Source: an uncultured bacterium
GTDB lineage: Bacteria; Zixibacteria; MSB-5A5; UBA10806
NCBI GenBank assembly: GCA_965541585.1
Contig: CBEUCH010000013.1
Span: 32,001 to 96,000 of the forward strand
Direction of reading: 5' to 3'
DNA length: 64,000 nucleotides
The notes beneath the pieces were generated by a model. That model was not told the origin of the DNA. It saw only the letters and a program-made list of their open reading frames with translations, and made no database searches. Positions within the stretch are counted from its first letter, which is position 1. Each line of letters starts with the position of its first letter. Positions 53,875 to 62,079 of the stretch are shown in pieces. Position numbers and translations under genes: made by a program.

Positions 53875-53888
53875 CTTAAGTAGTAAGG

Positions 53889-54773
53889 TTATCCGGCCTC
53901 AAGTAGAGCTTGTATTATCTGGTCCTGCTTGAAGCTCATAGCCAATGAAGCATTTGCTCCGATCAACGCGTACGGAGACGTATAGCTGCGATCGATCTTA
54001 ACGGCAAGAAGTTTCTTCTTGAGTTCCTTACTCTTAGCCACTTCGAAGTTTATCCAATTTCTAAAGCCGATAAGCTTATGGTCTTTATGTAATTTGTTTG
54101 CCTCCTTTCCGACGATAACGAGGGTATGAGTGGCCGATGCTATCTTAAGAGTTAGTGCTGCCTTAACACGTCCTACATTGTTGCTGTTGATCTCTCGAGG
54201 AGTAGCGTCAAAGAAAACGAAATGGAAGTGAGGATTATTATTCCAAGCTTCCAGCATGAACTTATACTGCTTATCATTGTCATAATCGAAACTAACAAAC
54301 ACTTTCTTGTTGGGCAACCGTAAGCCCAAAGGCCGGGGACGAAGTGGCGCGGTAGTTTTGATCGGAGACAGTTTTCGAGGACCTTGTTTTAACCTGCTTA
54401 CTAACGGCCGCCCGTAGGGTTTGGGAGCCAATGGCTTGGGACGGGAGGCACCCAATAAGTGTGCCATAAATTCTGGTCTTTTGGGAGCGGCTAACTTAGG
54501 ATGCGGGGGACCTATTAAGTGTGCTAATAGATCTGGTTTTTTGGGAGCGGCTAGCTTAGGATGCGGGGGACCTATTAAGTGCGCTAATAGATCTGGTTTT
54601 TTGGGAGCTATTGGTTTAGGATAGCGGGCACCCAATAAATGCCCTATAAGATCCGGGTTTGTTGGAGAAACTCGTTTAGGAGAAGGAACTCCTAATATTT
54701 GCGCCATGAGATCCGGGGATGCAGGAGCCCCATTCAGTCTGCCATAACGCCTTGGATCATTGAAATCCTTCAT
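53889..54773 (-). CDS. Thoeris ThsB/MTH538-type TIR-like domain protein with an N-terminal Pro/Lys-rich repeat extension
   Basis: KVFVSFDYDND...TLVIVG...NWINFEVAKS...LLAVKI, with the catalytic-type Glu in WxxxE. GGGGGA RBS. 12 bp after nrdJ. Confidence 0.85.
   Translation of the reverse strand: MKDFNDPRRYGRLNGAPASPDLMAQILGVPSPKRVSPTNPDLIGHLLGARYPKPIAPKKPDLLAHLIGPPHPKLAAPKKPDLLAHLIGPPHPKLAAPKRPEFMAHLLGASRPKPLAPKPYGRPLVSRLKQGPRKLSPIKTTAPLRPRPLGLRLPNKKVFVSFDYDNDKQYKFMLEAWNNNPHFHFVFFDATPREINSNNVGRVKAALTLKIASATHTLVIVGKEANKLHKDHKLIGFRNWINFEVAKSKELKKKLLAVKIDRSYTSPYALIGANASLAMSFKQDQIIQALLEAG
54421..54720 (-). repeat. Five tandem 60-bp units encoding 20-aa repeats (PDLLAHLIGPPHPKLAAPKK-like)
   Basis: Visible period of 60 nt. 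Units at 54481 and 54541 differ at 2 positions; outer units are more degenerate. Confidence 0.9.
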
Positions 54774-54785
54774 TCAAATCCCCCC

Positions 54786-57044
54786 TCAACATCTTGAAAA
54801 CCCGCAATCGGGACAGACGATGCATCCGGATTCGGTTTCGAGTCGACTGCTGCAATCGGGGCAGTTCAACGCCGAGAGGTCGGTCTGTGGCTTTAAGGCC
54901 TTGCCGTTGCCGAAATGTTTATGAAGCACTTTGGCGATGGCATCCGGCACCGAGCGTATAAGCCCGCCGGCGCCGTAAACGGGAGAATCGCCCCCTATAC
55001 CGCGGAGTTGTTCGATTATCACCTCGACGTCGATACCGCTTCTCAGGGCCAGCGACATGAGACGGCAGATGGCCTCGGTGTCGGCCATGGTGTCGTACCC
55101 CGACTTGCCTATCTGAGCGAAGACCTCGAACGGCTTCCCGTTTAGCGTGTTAATAGTAATATAAAGGTTACCGAATCCCGTCTTTATCTTATTTGTAATT
55201 CCCTGGAGTGTTTCAGGGCGTCCTTTTATGGCGGTGGCCTGCATTGACTCGCCGGATTTCTCGGTTTGCATTGTGGAAAGAACCTGAAAGGCCCTGGAGC
55301 CGTCGCGGTATATAGTGACACCTTTACATCCAAGCCCGTAGGCAAGCTCGTAGGTGGTCTTGACATCGTCCGTGGTGGCTTCCTTTGGAAGGTTGATGGT
55401 CTTGGAAACCGCGTTCTCGGTAAGCTTCTGGAAGGCCGCCTGGATCTTCACATGCCATTCGGGCGAAACATCGTGGGATGTGACAAATATGTCCCTGACG
55501 GACTTCGGTATCTCATCAAAATCAACTATAGAATTTTTCTCAGCGATCCGTTCCATCAGCATCTGCGAGAAAAATCCCATTTCTTTGGCCCGTGATTCAA
55601 ACATCGGATTGAACTCGATCAAGCGGGTATTATCCATAACATTGCGGATAAAGCTGACGGCGAATATCGGCTCGATCCCGGAGGAGCAGCCGGCGATAAT
55701 GGAGATGGTGCCGGTTGGCGCTATGGTCGTGACGGTTGAATTCCTTCGCGGCTTGCCCTCTTTCCCGAAGACAGATTTTTCCCAATTGGGAAAGGTGCCC
55801 CTCTTATCAGCGAGGTTCTGGCTTGCGAGATCAGCCTCGGTTTGAATAAACCCCATAATTTTATCCGCCAGTTCCAGCGCCTCGTTGGAGTCGTAACGTA
55901 GATCGAGCATAATCAAAAGATCTGCCCATCCCATGACACCGAGGCCTATTCTGCGGTTCTTTCTGGTGGCTTCGGCGATTTGCTTCAAGGGGTATTTATT
56001 CTGCTCGATAACGTTGTCGAGAAAGTGCACTCCTTTCCAGACGAGATCTTTAAGCTTGTCCCAATCGATTTCATTTCTGAACATTTTGGAAGTGTCCGAA
56101 GAATCGACGACGGCACGAACGATTTTCGAGAGGTTGATAGATCCCAGGTTACAGCTTTCATAAGGGAGTAGAGGCTGTTCGCCGCAGGGATTGGTAGCCT
56201 CTACCAGCCCTGCATCGGTGGTTTTTTCGTATTTATTGATCTTATCGAGGAAGATGACTCCGGGTTCGCCGGTCTTATGGGCATGTGCGACAATTGACTG
56301 GAATACCTCGCAGGCATCCAGGCTCAGGGGCTTGCCGTCAATAATATATTGCTCGCCGGTACGAGGATCGATAAGGGGATAAGATGTACGTTCTTTTACC
56401 GCCTTCATGAAAGTATCTGTCACGCCCACGGAGATGTTGAAATTGGTCAACTCCGAGAGGTCATCTTTGCATTTGATGAACTCCTTGATATCGGGGTGAT
56501 CGACTCTGAGAATCCCCATATTGGCGCCTCTGCGGGTCCCCCCCTGTTTGACAGCTTCTGTGGCGGCATTAATTACCCTCATGAAGCTTATCGGCCCTGA
56601 TGCCACGCCGGAAGTCGATGCTACGACTGAATTCTTTGGTCTCAGCCGTGAGAAAGCGAATCCGGTGCCGCCGCCGGATTTATGGATCAGCGCTGTGTCT
56701 TTTACCGCCTCGAAGATCGACTCCATGTTATCGTCGATAGGCAAAACGAAGCAGGCCGAGAGCTGGCCCAGCTTCCTGCCGGCGTTCATCAAGGTCGGGG
56801 AATTAGGCATGAACTCAAGCCTGGCCATCATTTCATAGAATCTGGTAGCCGTTTCATCGATCTCTTCCGTGGTGGCACCGAAGTTGGCATCGCCGGCTGC
56901 AATTACTGTTGCTACACGCATAAACAGCTCCTCCGGCGTCTCTACGACCTGCCCCTGGTCGTCCCTGATCAGATAACGCCTCCTTAATACGGCAAGCGAG
57001 TTTGCCGAAAGCTGGGGCTTTATCTGAGTCTGTTGTTTGTGCAC
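54786..57044 (-). CDS. nrdJ: Class II (adenosylcobalamin-dependent) ribonucleotide reductase with C-terminal TSCPD-like domain and Zn ribbon
   Basis: FMPNSPTLMNAG, QLSACFV, QGGTRRGANM, TNPCGEQPL, TIAPTGTIS, KGVTIYRDGSR, RSVPDA, CPDC..CIVCPDCGFSRC. Confidence 0.95.
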   Translation of the reverse strand: MHKQQTQIKPQLSANSLAVLRRRYLIRDDQGQVVETPEELFMRVATVIAAGDANFGATTEEIDETATRFYEMMARLEFMPNSPTLMNAGRKLGQLSACFVLPIDDNMESIFEAVKDTALIHKSGGGTGFAFSRLRPKNSVVASTSGVASGPISFMRVINAATEAVKQGGTRRGANMGILRVDHPDIKEFIKCKDDLSELTNFNISVGVTDTFMKAVKERTSYPLIDPRTGEQYIIDGKPLSLDACEVFQSIVAHAHKTGEPGVIFLDKINKYEKTTDAGLVEATNPCGEQPLLPYESCNLGSINLSKIVRAVVDSSDTSKMFRNEIDWDKLKDLVWKGVHFLDNVIEQNKYPLKQIAEATRKNRRIGLGVMGWADLLIMLDLRYDSNEALELADKIMGFIQTEADLASQNLADKRGTFPNWEKSVFGKEGKPRRNSTVTTIAPTGTISIIAGCSSGIEPIFAVSFIRNVMDNTRLIEFNPMFESRAKEMGFFSQMLMERIAEKNSIVDFDEIPKSVRDIFVTSHDVSPEWHVKIQAAFQKLTENAVSKTINLPKEATTDDVKTTYELAYGLGCKGVTIYRDGSRAFQVLSTMQTEKSGESMQATAIKGRPETLQGITNKIKTGFGNLYITINTLNGKPFEVFAQIGKSGYDTMADTEAICRLMSLALRSGIDVEVIIEQLRGIGGDSPVYGAGGLIRSVPDAIAKVLHKHFGNGKALKPQTDLSALNCPDCSSRLETESGCIVCPDCGFSRC

Positions 57045-57079
57045 TTTATCTCCCTCCGATATTTCAAAAGAAAGCTATC

Positions 57080-57832
57080 TTAAGTATCGTATTCAAATGT
57101 TGCCGACTTGGTTTCTTCGTCAATTTCGAAATCGCCGAAGACAATGGGCGCTTCCTTTTTCATGATCTTAAGCATCTCGATGGCTATCTCCCTGATCTCC
57201 CAGTGAGCCCGGGGATTGGTCCTCACACAGAAGAAATGGCGAAGCTCCCGGAAGTTTGCGGTAATGACTATCTCGGAGACCGTGGCATTGGGGAGCACAT
57301 AGCGCGCATCCTCGGGCGCCACGCCGGCATCGAGGAGCTCTTCGTATAAATCATAGCAGTATGCGATCGCCTCCCTGTAGAGCTCTGCGGCGCTCTTGAC
57401 TTTGCCGGGCAGTTTGGCTTGCGCAATCGTCGGGGGGGTCACTATCTCATAGTCTTTGGTCTTCTTGCGGTTCGGCTTATCGGCGTAGCAGACGTATCTC
57501 TGGCTCTCCTGTGACGGTGATATGAAACGATGCCTGACCAATTCATGGGTGAATACTCTCGACCCGCCCCTGATCCTGAATGTTGCCGAGGCATGCTCCA
57601 GAACGGAGTGATGCCGTTTCTTTATGATCTTCAAGATCAACTCCTCGGTCGAATTCGGTGGATCGTATCGGTGGAATGAGAGGTAACAGGTTCGGCAGGC
57701 CCGCTCGATGACATCCTCGCCGTTCGGAGTTATGGCCATCAATTCTACCGAGCGTTTGGTTTCGACGGGCACGACAATACTCTCACTTTCTTTTTTCACC
57801 AATGAAGACACACTTATACCCTCAACCCCCAA
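57080..57832 (-). CDS. thyX: FAD-dependent thymidylate synthase
   Basis: HHSVLEH, RHRFISPSQESQRY (RHRx7SxR), EDARYVLPNA, NFRELRHF, AHWEIR. True start may be a few codons downstream. Confidence 0.95.
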   Translation of the reverse strand: MGVEGISVSSLVKKESESIVVPVETKRSVELMAITPNGEDVIERACRTCYLSFHRYDPPNSTEELILKIIKKRHHSVLEHASATFRIRGGSRVFTHELVRHRFISPSQESQRYVCYADKPNRKKTKDYEIVTPPTIAQAKLPGKVKSAAELYREAIAYCYDLYEELLDAGVAPEDARYVLPNATVSEIVITANFRELRHFFCVRTNPRAHWEIREIAIEMLKIMKKEAPIVFGDFEIDEETKSATFEYDT

Positions 57833-57912
57833 CTCCCTTTTTCAAATTTATGAAAATTACGGCTGAAAATACAGTCTTCGTTCTTTACTCAATCATCTTT
57901 TCAGCGGATGCC

Positions 57913-57942
57913 ATTTTAACGACGGAGCCTTATATTTGTCAA
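57913..57942 (-). promoter_or_regulatory. Putative promoter of the thyX-nrdJ operon
   Basis: Minus strand TTGACA-18 bp-TAAAAT. Confidence 0.6.
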
Positions 57943-57969
57943 GAAAAAAGCAAACATTTTTCAAAAAAA

Positions 57970-58017
57970 ATACAACATGTTGTGTCTCAATGTCTTCCGG
58001 AATACCATATATCGTGG
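57970..58017. promoter_or_regulatory. Tandem NrdR boxes
   Basis: ATACAACATGTTGTGT (57970) and ATACCATATATCGTGG (58002) fit acaCwAtATaTwGtgt. They are 32 bp apart and upstream of an nrdJ operon. Confidence 0.75.
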
Positions 58018-58103
58018 TTCGGAGCGGTTATTGTGGTCGAAATGATATTGACTTGGAACTCTTTTTTGTTAAATTATTGTTAGGAAATAAGAAAGGAGAA
58101 CCA

Positions 58104-60575
58104 ATGAAAACAGCATTTTTAATTCCTGTAATGCTCATAGCGTTTTTGACTCTCTCAGCGTCGGCCGCGGATAGTTTTATAATCGTGGTGAGTAATCATT
58201 CCGACGCCGATCTTAGTATACTCCAGGCCTATTCCGGCAGGGCGTGGGGCAGGACAGCGGATAAAATCTATCTTTCCGGTGGACGGGAGGAGGCTGGCTG
58301 GCTCAAAGAACATCATATTGAATTTGAGCTAATCGAATACGACGATGATCTATCGTCGCTCTATATTTGGTACGATATGCCCCGACAAGGGTTGCCGAAC
58401 GATATGGATATCCTCGACCGGGGCGAAGGTTATATATTGACGGCCCACCCGCCACCTGGAATGATCGAATATCGTCACCTGAGACTCAGAAGGCTGCCGT
58501 TTGTCCAGCGTGAGAGACGGGGAGATTTGCTTCTTGATTATGATCCGGCCGTGGATGCTCTTATCGGCGCAGTGAGCCAGGATACCGTCATCGATTTCCT
58601 CAGCAGGCTTACGGGTGCAAGCCCGATTGAGATCAACGGTGGGCTGGATACGATTCATACCAGATACTCCGGCACGCCGGATAATGAACTGGCGGCGCAG
58701 TTTTTGAGAGAAACCCTCGAAGGGTACGGCTATGAGGCCGAATATCATGGATTCTATGGCGGCCAAATAAGGCATATAGCCTCTTACAGCGAGAACCTGG
58801 CCTGGTTGGTAACCGAAGATTCCGAGGTTTTGAAAACGTCAGATGGCGGCCAGAACTGGACGGTAGTACCCGACGGCACCAATAGCAGTCTCTGGGGAAT
58901 CGCCAATTATGGACCGAATCATGTCTGGCTTACCGGTAACAACGGCACAATCAAATTTTCCGATAACGGCGGGGAGAGCTTCGTCTCACAGAATTCAGGA
59001 ACCAACGCTTTTCTTTTCGGCGTCGTTTTCGGTGACGCGTCCCAGGGTTGGATTGCCGGGGATAACGGCATTGTACTTCGCACAACTAACGGCGGGCAGG
59101 ATTGGGTAATGCAATCTACCCCTACTAATGCGCGTTTGTATGACGTTCATTTTGACCCTTCTTTAAACGGCTGGGCTTGCGGTAGAGACGGCGTTATCAT
59201 TCATAGCACCGACGGCGGCGAAACATGGACGCTCCAGAATTCAAATACCAATCAAAGATTATACGGGATAGATTTCACAGCCGACACAGACCACCATAAC
59301 GGCTGGGTCGTCGGATGGGGCGGAGTAGTCAGACGGACTACCGATTACGGCGCGAACTGGCAGACTGTGGACCTGGGATCAAATGTCGAGAAATATAGCG
59401 TCGAATTCGCCGACCCTCAATTCGGATGTATAGCGGGTTGGAACGGCGAGATCTTTATCACCACCGACGGCGGCGAAAACTGGGAAGAGATATCGTCGGG
59501 AATCCAGGGTGATTTCTACGGTGTCACGTTCGACGACGACCAGATCGGATATGCGGGCGGAAACGGTGTCCTTGTAAAAACCACCGATGGCGGTCAGACC
59601 TGGTTCAATCAGACCATGAACATCGAGACCGCCTGGCTCAATATACTGGGGACGAAGACCGGCACCGTTTACCCCGATCAGCAGGTCGTGATTTGCGCTC
59701 ACATGGACAACCGCTCCGAGCAGCCGGAGACGAATGCGCCCGGCGCCGATGACAACGGTTCAGGGTCAACGGCCACTATCGAGGCGGCCAGGGTTTTTGC
59801 CGATTTCAATTTCGAAAGGACCATCAAGTTCTGCCTGTGGACAGGCGAAGAGCAGGGGCTTTTGGGTTCTGCCGCCTATGCCGAGGAGGCCTTCGCGCGG
59901 GGTGATGATATTGTTGGCGTTTATAATTTCGATATGATCGCCTGGGATGGCAACTCCGATAACGCGATCGATCTGCATTGCGGTACCAATAGCTCGTCCA
60001 TAGAGCTTGGCAACGCCCTGGCGGAAGTCATCACCGACTACAATCTCGCACTTATTCCCCAGGTAATCACCTATGGCTCGTCGGGAGCCTCAGATCATGC
60101 ATCCTTCTGGGATTACGGCTATCCGGCGATAATGGGGATCGAGGATTTCGGTGATTTCAATCCGTATTATCATAGCACCGGCGATAATATAAATCATATT
60201 ATGGATGGTTATTTCACCGAATTCACAAGGGCCGCCATCGGGGCCGTAGCGACACTTGCCGTACCGGATACGGTTATGACATTCGTCGATGAAAGCGAGT
60301 CATTGCCGTTCGGATTTGCACTGCATGAGAATTATCCCAACCCTTTTAATGCCTCCACAACCATCTCATTCTCAGTCGCTAATGACACGGAGATCGATCT
60401 GGGGATATATGACATCCTGGGCCGGAGAGTGGCCACGCTGTATAACGGGCCGGTCGATGCCGGCACCCACAGGGTCAGGTTGAATGCCAGCGGTCTAACA
60501 TCGGGTGTTTATTTCTACCGATTGGCCGCAGCGGACGGTAATGATGCGATCGGCAGGATGACGCTGCTGAAGTAA
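58104..60575 (+). CDS. Secreted M28-family aminopeptidase with inserted YCF48/BNR-type beta-propeller and T9SS-type CTD
   Basis: Start moved to ATG 58104 (AAAGGAG RBS, signal peptide). AHMD, GADDNGSG, GEEQGLLGS, NFDM, SDHASF, YHSTGD. (T/S)xDGGxxW repeats. NYPNPFN..RMTLLK. Confidence 0.9.
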   Translation: MKTAFLIPVMLIAFLTLSASAADSFIIVVSNHSDADLSILQAYSGRAWGRTADKIYLSGGREEAGWLKEHHIEFELIEYDDDLSSLYIWYDMPRQGLPNDMDILDRGEGYILTAHPPPGMIEYRHLRLRRLPFVQRERRGDLLLDYDPAVDALIGAVSQDTVIDFLSRLTGASPIEINGGLDTIHTRYSGTPDNELAAQFLRETLEGYGYEAEYHGFYGGQIRHIASYSENLAWLVTEDSEVLKTSDGGQNWTVVPDGTNSSLWGIANYGPNHVWLTGNNGTIKFSDNGGESFVSQNSGTNAFLFGVVFGDASQGWIAGDNGIVLRTTNGGQDWVMQSTPTNARLYDVHFDPSLNGWACGRDGVIIHSTDGGETWTLQNSNTNQRLYGIDFTADTDHHNGWVVGWGGVVRRTTDYGANWQTVDLGSNVEKYSVEFADPQFGCIAGWNGEIFITTDGGENWEEISSGIQGDFYGVTFDDDQIGYAGGNGVLVKTTDGGQTWFNQTMNIETAWLNILGTKTGTVYPDQQVVICAHMDNRSEQPETNAPGADDNGSGSTATIEAARVFADFNFERTIKFCLWTGEEQGLLGSAAYAEEAFARGDDIVGVYNFDMIAWDGNSDNAIDLHCGTNSSSIELGNALAEVITDYNLALIPQVITYGSSGASDHASFWDYGYPAIMGIEDFGDFNPYYHSTGDNINHIMDGYFTEFTRAAIGAVATLAVPDTVMTFVDESESLPFGFALHENYPNPFNASTTISFSVANDTEIDLGIYDILGRRVATLYNGPVDAGTHRVRLNASGLTSGVYFYRLAAADGNDAIGRMTLLK

Positions 60576-60604
60576 GCCAAAGAAAAAATAATAGATTACT
60601 ACTT

Positions 60605-60704
60605 GTAGGGGCGAATTGGATTCGCCCCTTTTTCTAATTCTGGATTCCCAATCAAGTTGGGAATGACAGAGGGGCGTTGCAGGGCGTATCGCAATAGCCC
60701 CTAC
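60605..60704. repeat. REP-like cluster: two inverted GTAG-type palindromes flanking a GTCATTCCC...GGGAATCCAG-type element
   Basis: GTAGGGGCGAATTGGATTCGCCCC (+); TGTCATTCCCAACTTGATTGGGAATCCAG (-); GTAGGGGCTATTGCGATACGCCC (-). Lies between convergent genes and could also act as a terminator. Confidence 0.65.
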
Positions 60705-60713
60705 ATAAGATCT

Positions 60714-61907
60714 CTACAACGTCATTCTGAATATAGTAATCACACCGTCCCTGTCTATGGGGCGGGGATTTAAGAGATGATCTTTATCGCGCATATACAA
60801 CCTGACCGCATCATCGGCCATGACTTCGAATTTGGAGTCATCTATGCCCAGGTCGGTGAAAGTCAGAAGCCGCCCGATAGAAGCCAGCCAGCCTTTCATG
60901 GCGTCGATGCTGATCTTGGCCGCATGATCCTTATCTTCGGTATCGAATCGTAATCCGAATATGTTCGTCCCCATTTCGATATATTTCTCAGGCGCCGTCA
61001 GGACCGTGTAATCCATCAATGCCGGCAGGAGCAGCGCCAGGCCTCGGCCGTGGCTGATATCGTAGTGGGCGCTGACGACATGTTCCAAGGCGTGCAGGGG
61101 GTAGTATCCGCCCCTGCCGGAATTGACCAGCCCCGATAGAGCCACGGTCGAACTCCAGGAGAGTTGGGTTCTGGCCTCGATGTCGGAACCGTTTTTCACA
61201 GCGCGAGGAAGATATTTCATCACCGTCTTAATGACCGCCTCGGACAGGCGATCTTGCAGGTAGGCCTCGGTAGTCGATGTGAAATAGCTTTCTATAACAT
61301 GCGTGATGATATCGACGCCGCCGTCGGCCGTGTAATCGGGGGGGCAGGTGGTTGTGAGCTCAGGGTCGATGATGGATGCAACGGGGAAGAGAGCAGGCCC
61401 CCAGATGCCCGTTTTTTCATGAGTCTCCCAGTTTGATATTATGCCTCCGGAATCGGCCTCGCTGCCGGTGGCTGCGATAGTCGGTATACAGACGATGGGG
61501 AGGGCTTGTTCGATCTTGCGCTGTAGTTTGTCCGGGCTGCTGTAAACATAATCCCAGACGGAGTGACCCGTTTTAGCAGTAATGGCGATGCCCTTGGCGG
61601 CATCCATGGCCGAGCCGCCACCCAGGCCGATTATGAAATCACAGCCCTTATCGCGCGCCAGAGCGGCAGCCTTATCGCAGGTCGTGTGTCTCGGGTTAGG
61701 CTCGATCCCCTCGAATACGACCGAATCGATGTCCGTTTTTTTCAAATTCCCGGTGATCTTGTCCAACACGCCGAGTTTACGCATGGATGATTTGCCGGTT
61801 ACTACCAGCGCCTTTTTGCCGACCGGTTTTAAGTATTTCCCGATGCTGTTAATTTTGCCGGGGCCAAAATATAATTTGGTCGGAAGCTGGAAATCAAACG
61901 GTAGCAT
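60714..61907 (-). CDS. Iron-containing alcohol dehydrogenase (BdhA/YqhD-like)
   Basis: PTKLYFG, IEPNP, GLGGGSAMDAAK, PTIAATGSE, D..TH..E, HALEH, HGRGLA. GGAGG RBS. Confidence 0.92.
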   Translation of the reverse strand: MLPFDFQLPTKLYFGPGKINSIGKYLKPVGKKALVVTGKSSMRKLGVLDKITGNLKKTDIDSVVFEGIEPNPRHTTCDKAAALARDKGCDFIIGLGGGSAMDAAKGIAITAKTGHSVWDYVYSSPDKLQRKIEQALPIVCIPTIAATGSEADSGGIISNWETHEKTGIWGPALFPVASIIDPELTTTCPPDYTADGGVDIITHVIESYFTSTTEAYLQDRLSEAVIKTVMKYLPRAVKNGSDIEARTQLSWSSTVALSGLVNSGRGGYYPLHALEHVVSAHYDISHGRGLALLLPALMDYTVLTAPEKYIEMGTNIFGLRFDTEDKDHAAKISIDAMKGWLASIGRLLTFTDLGIDDSKFEVMADDAVRLYMRDKDHLLNPRPIDRDGVITIFRMTL

Positions 61908-62079
61908 CAAACCTCCCTTTATTGAATTCAGGAACTAAAAATCGATCTCGGCCATATAGCCGGTCAACTCATTATAGCGATCTTTGAATTTTTTGGCAAT
62001 TCTTCAAATTAATAGCCGCGATCCAGAAGGACCGCGGCAATCAGTATCGCTGTCAAAATATAATCGCGCCCGAATTCGA

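Noticed and set aside
54421..54720. 60-bp periodic repeats as a CRISPR array
   Set aside because: Whole units repeat with no unique spacers, they are in-frame coding, and no cas genes are present.
54786..57044. Intein in nrdJ or a cobalamin riboswitch upstream
   Set aside because: The protein is normal length with contiguous motifs, and no B12-box was recognised upstream.
57936..58103. N-terminal extension of the M28 peptidase ORF
   Set aside because: Overlaps the promoter and NrdR boxes. RBS and signal peptide point to ATG 58104.
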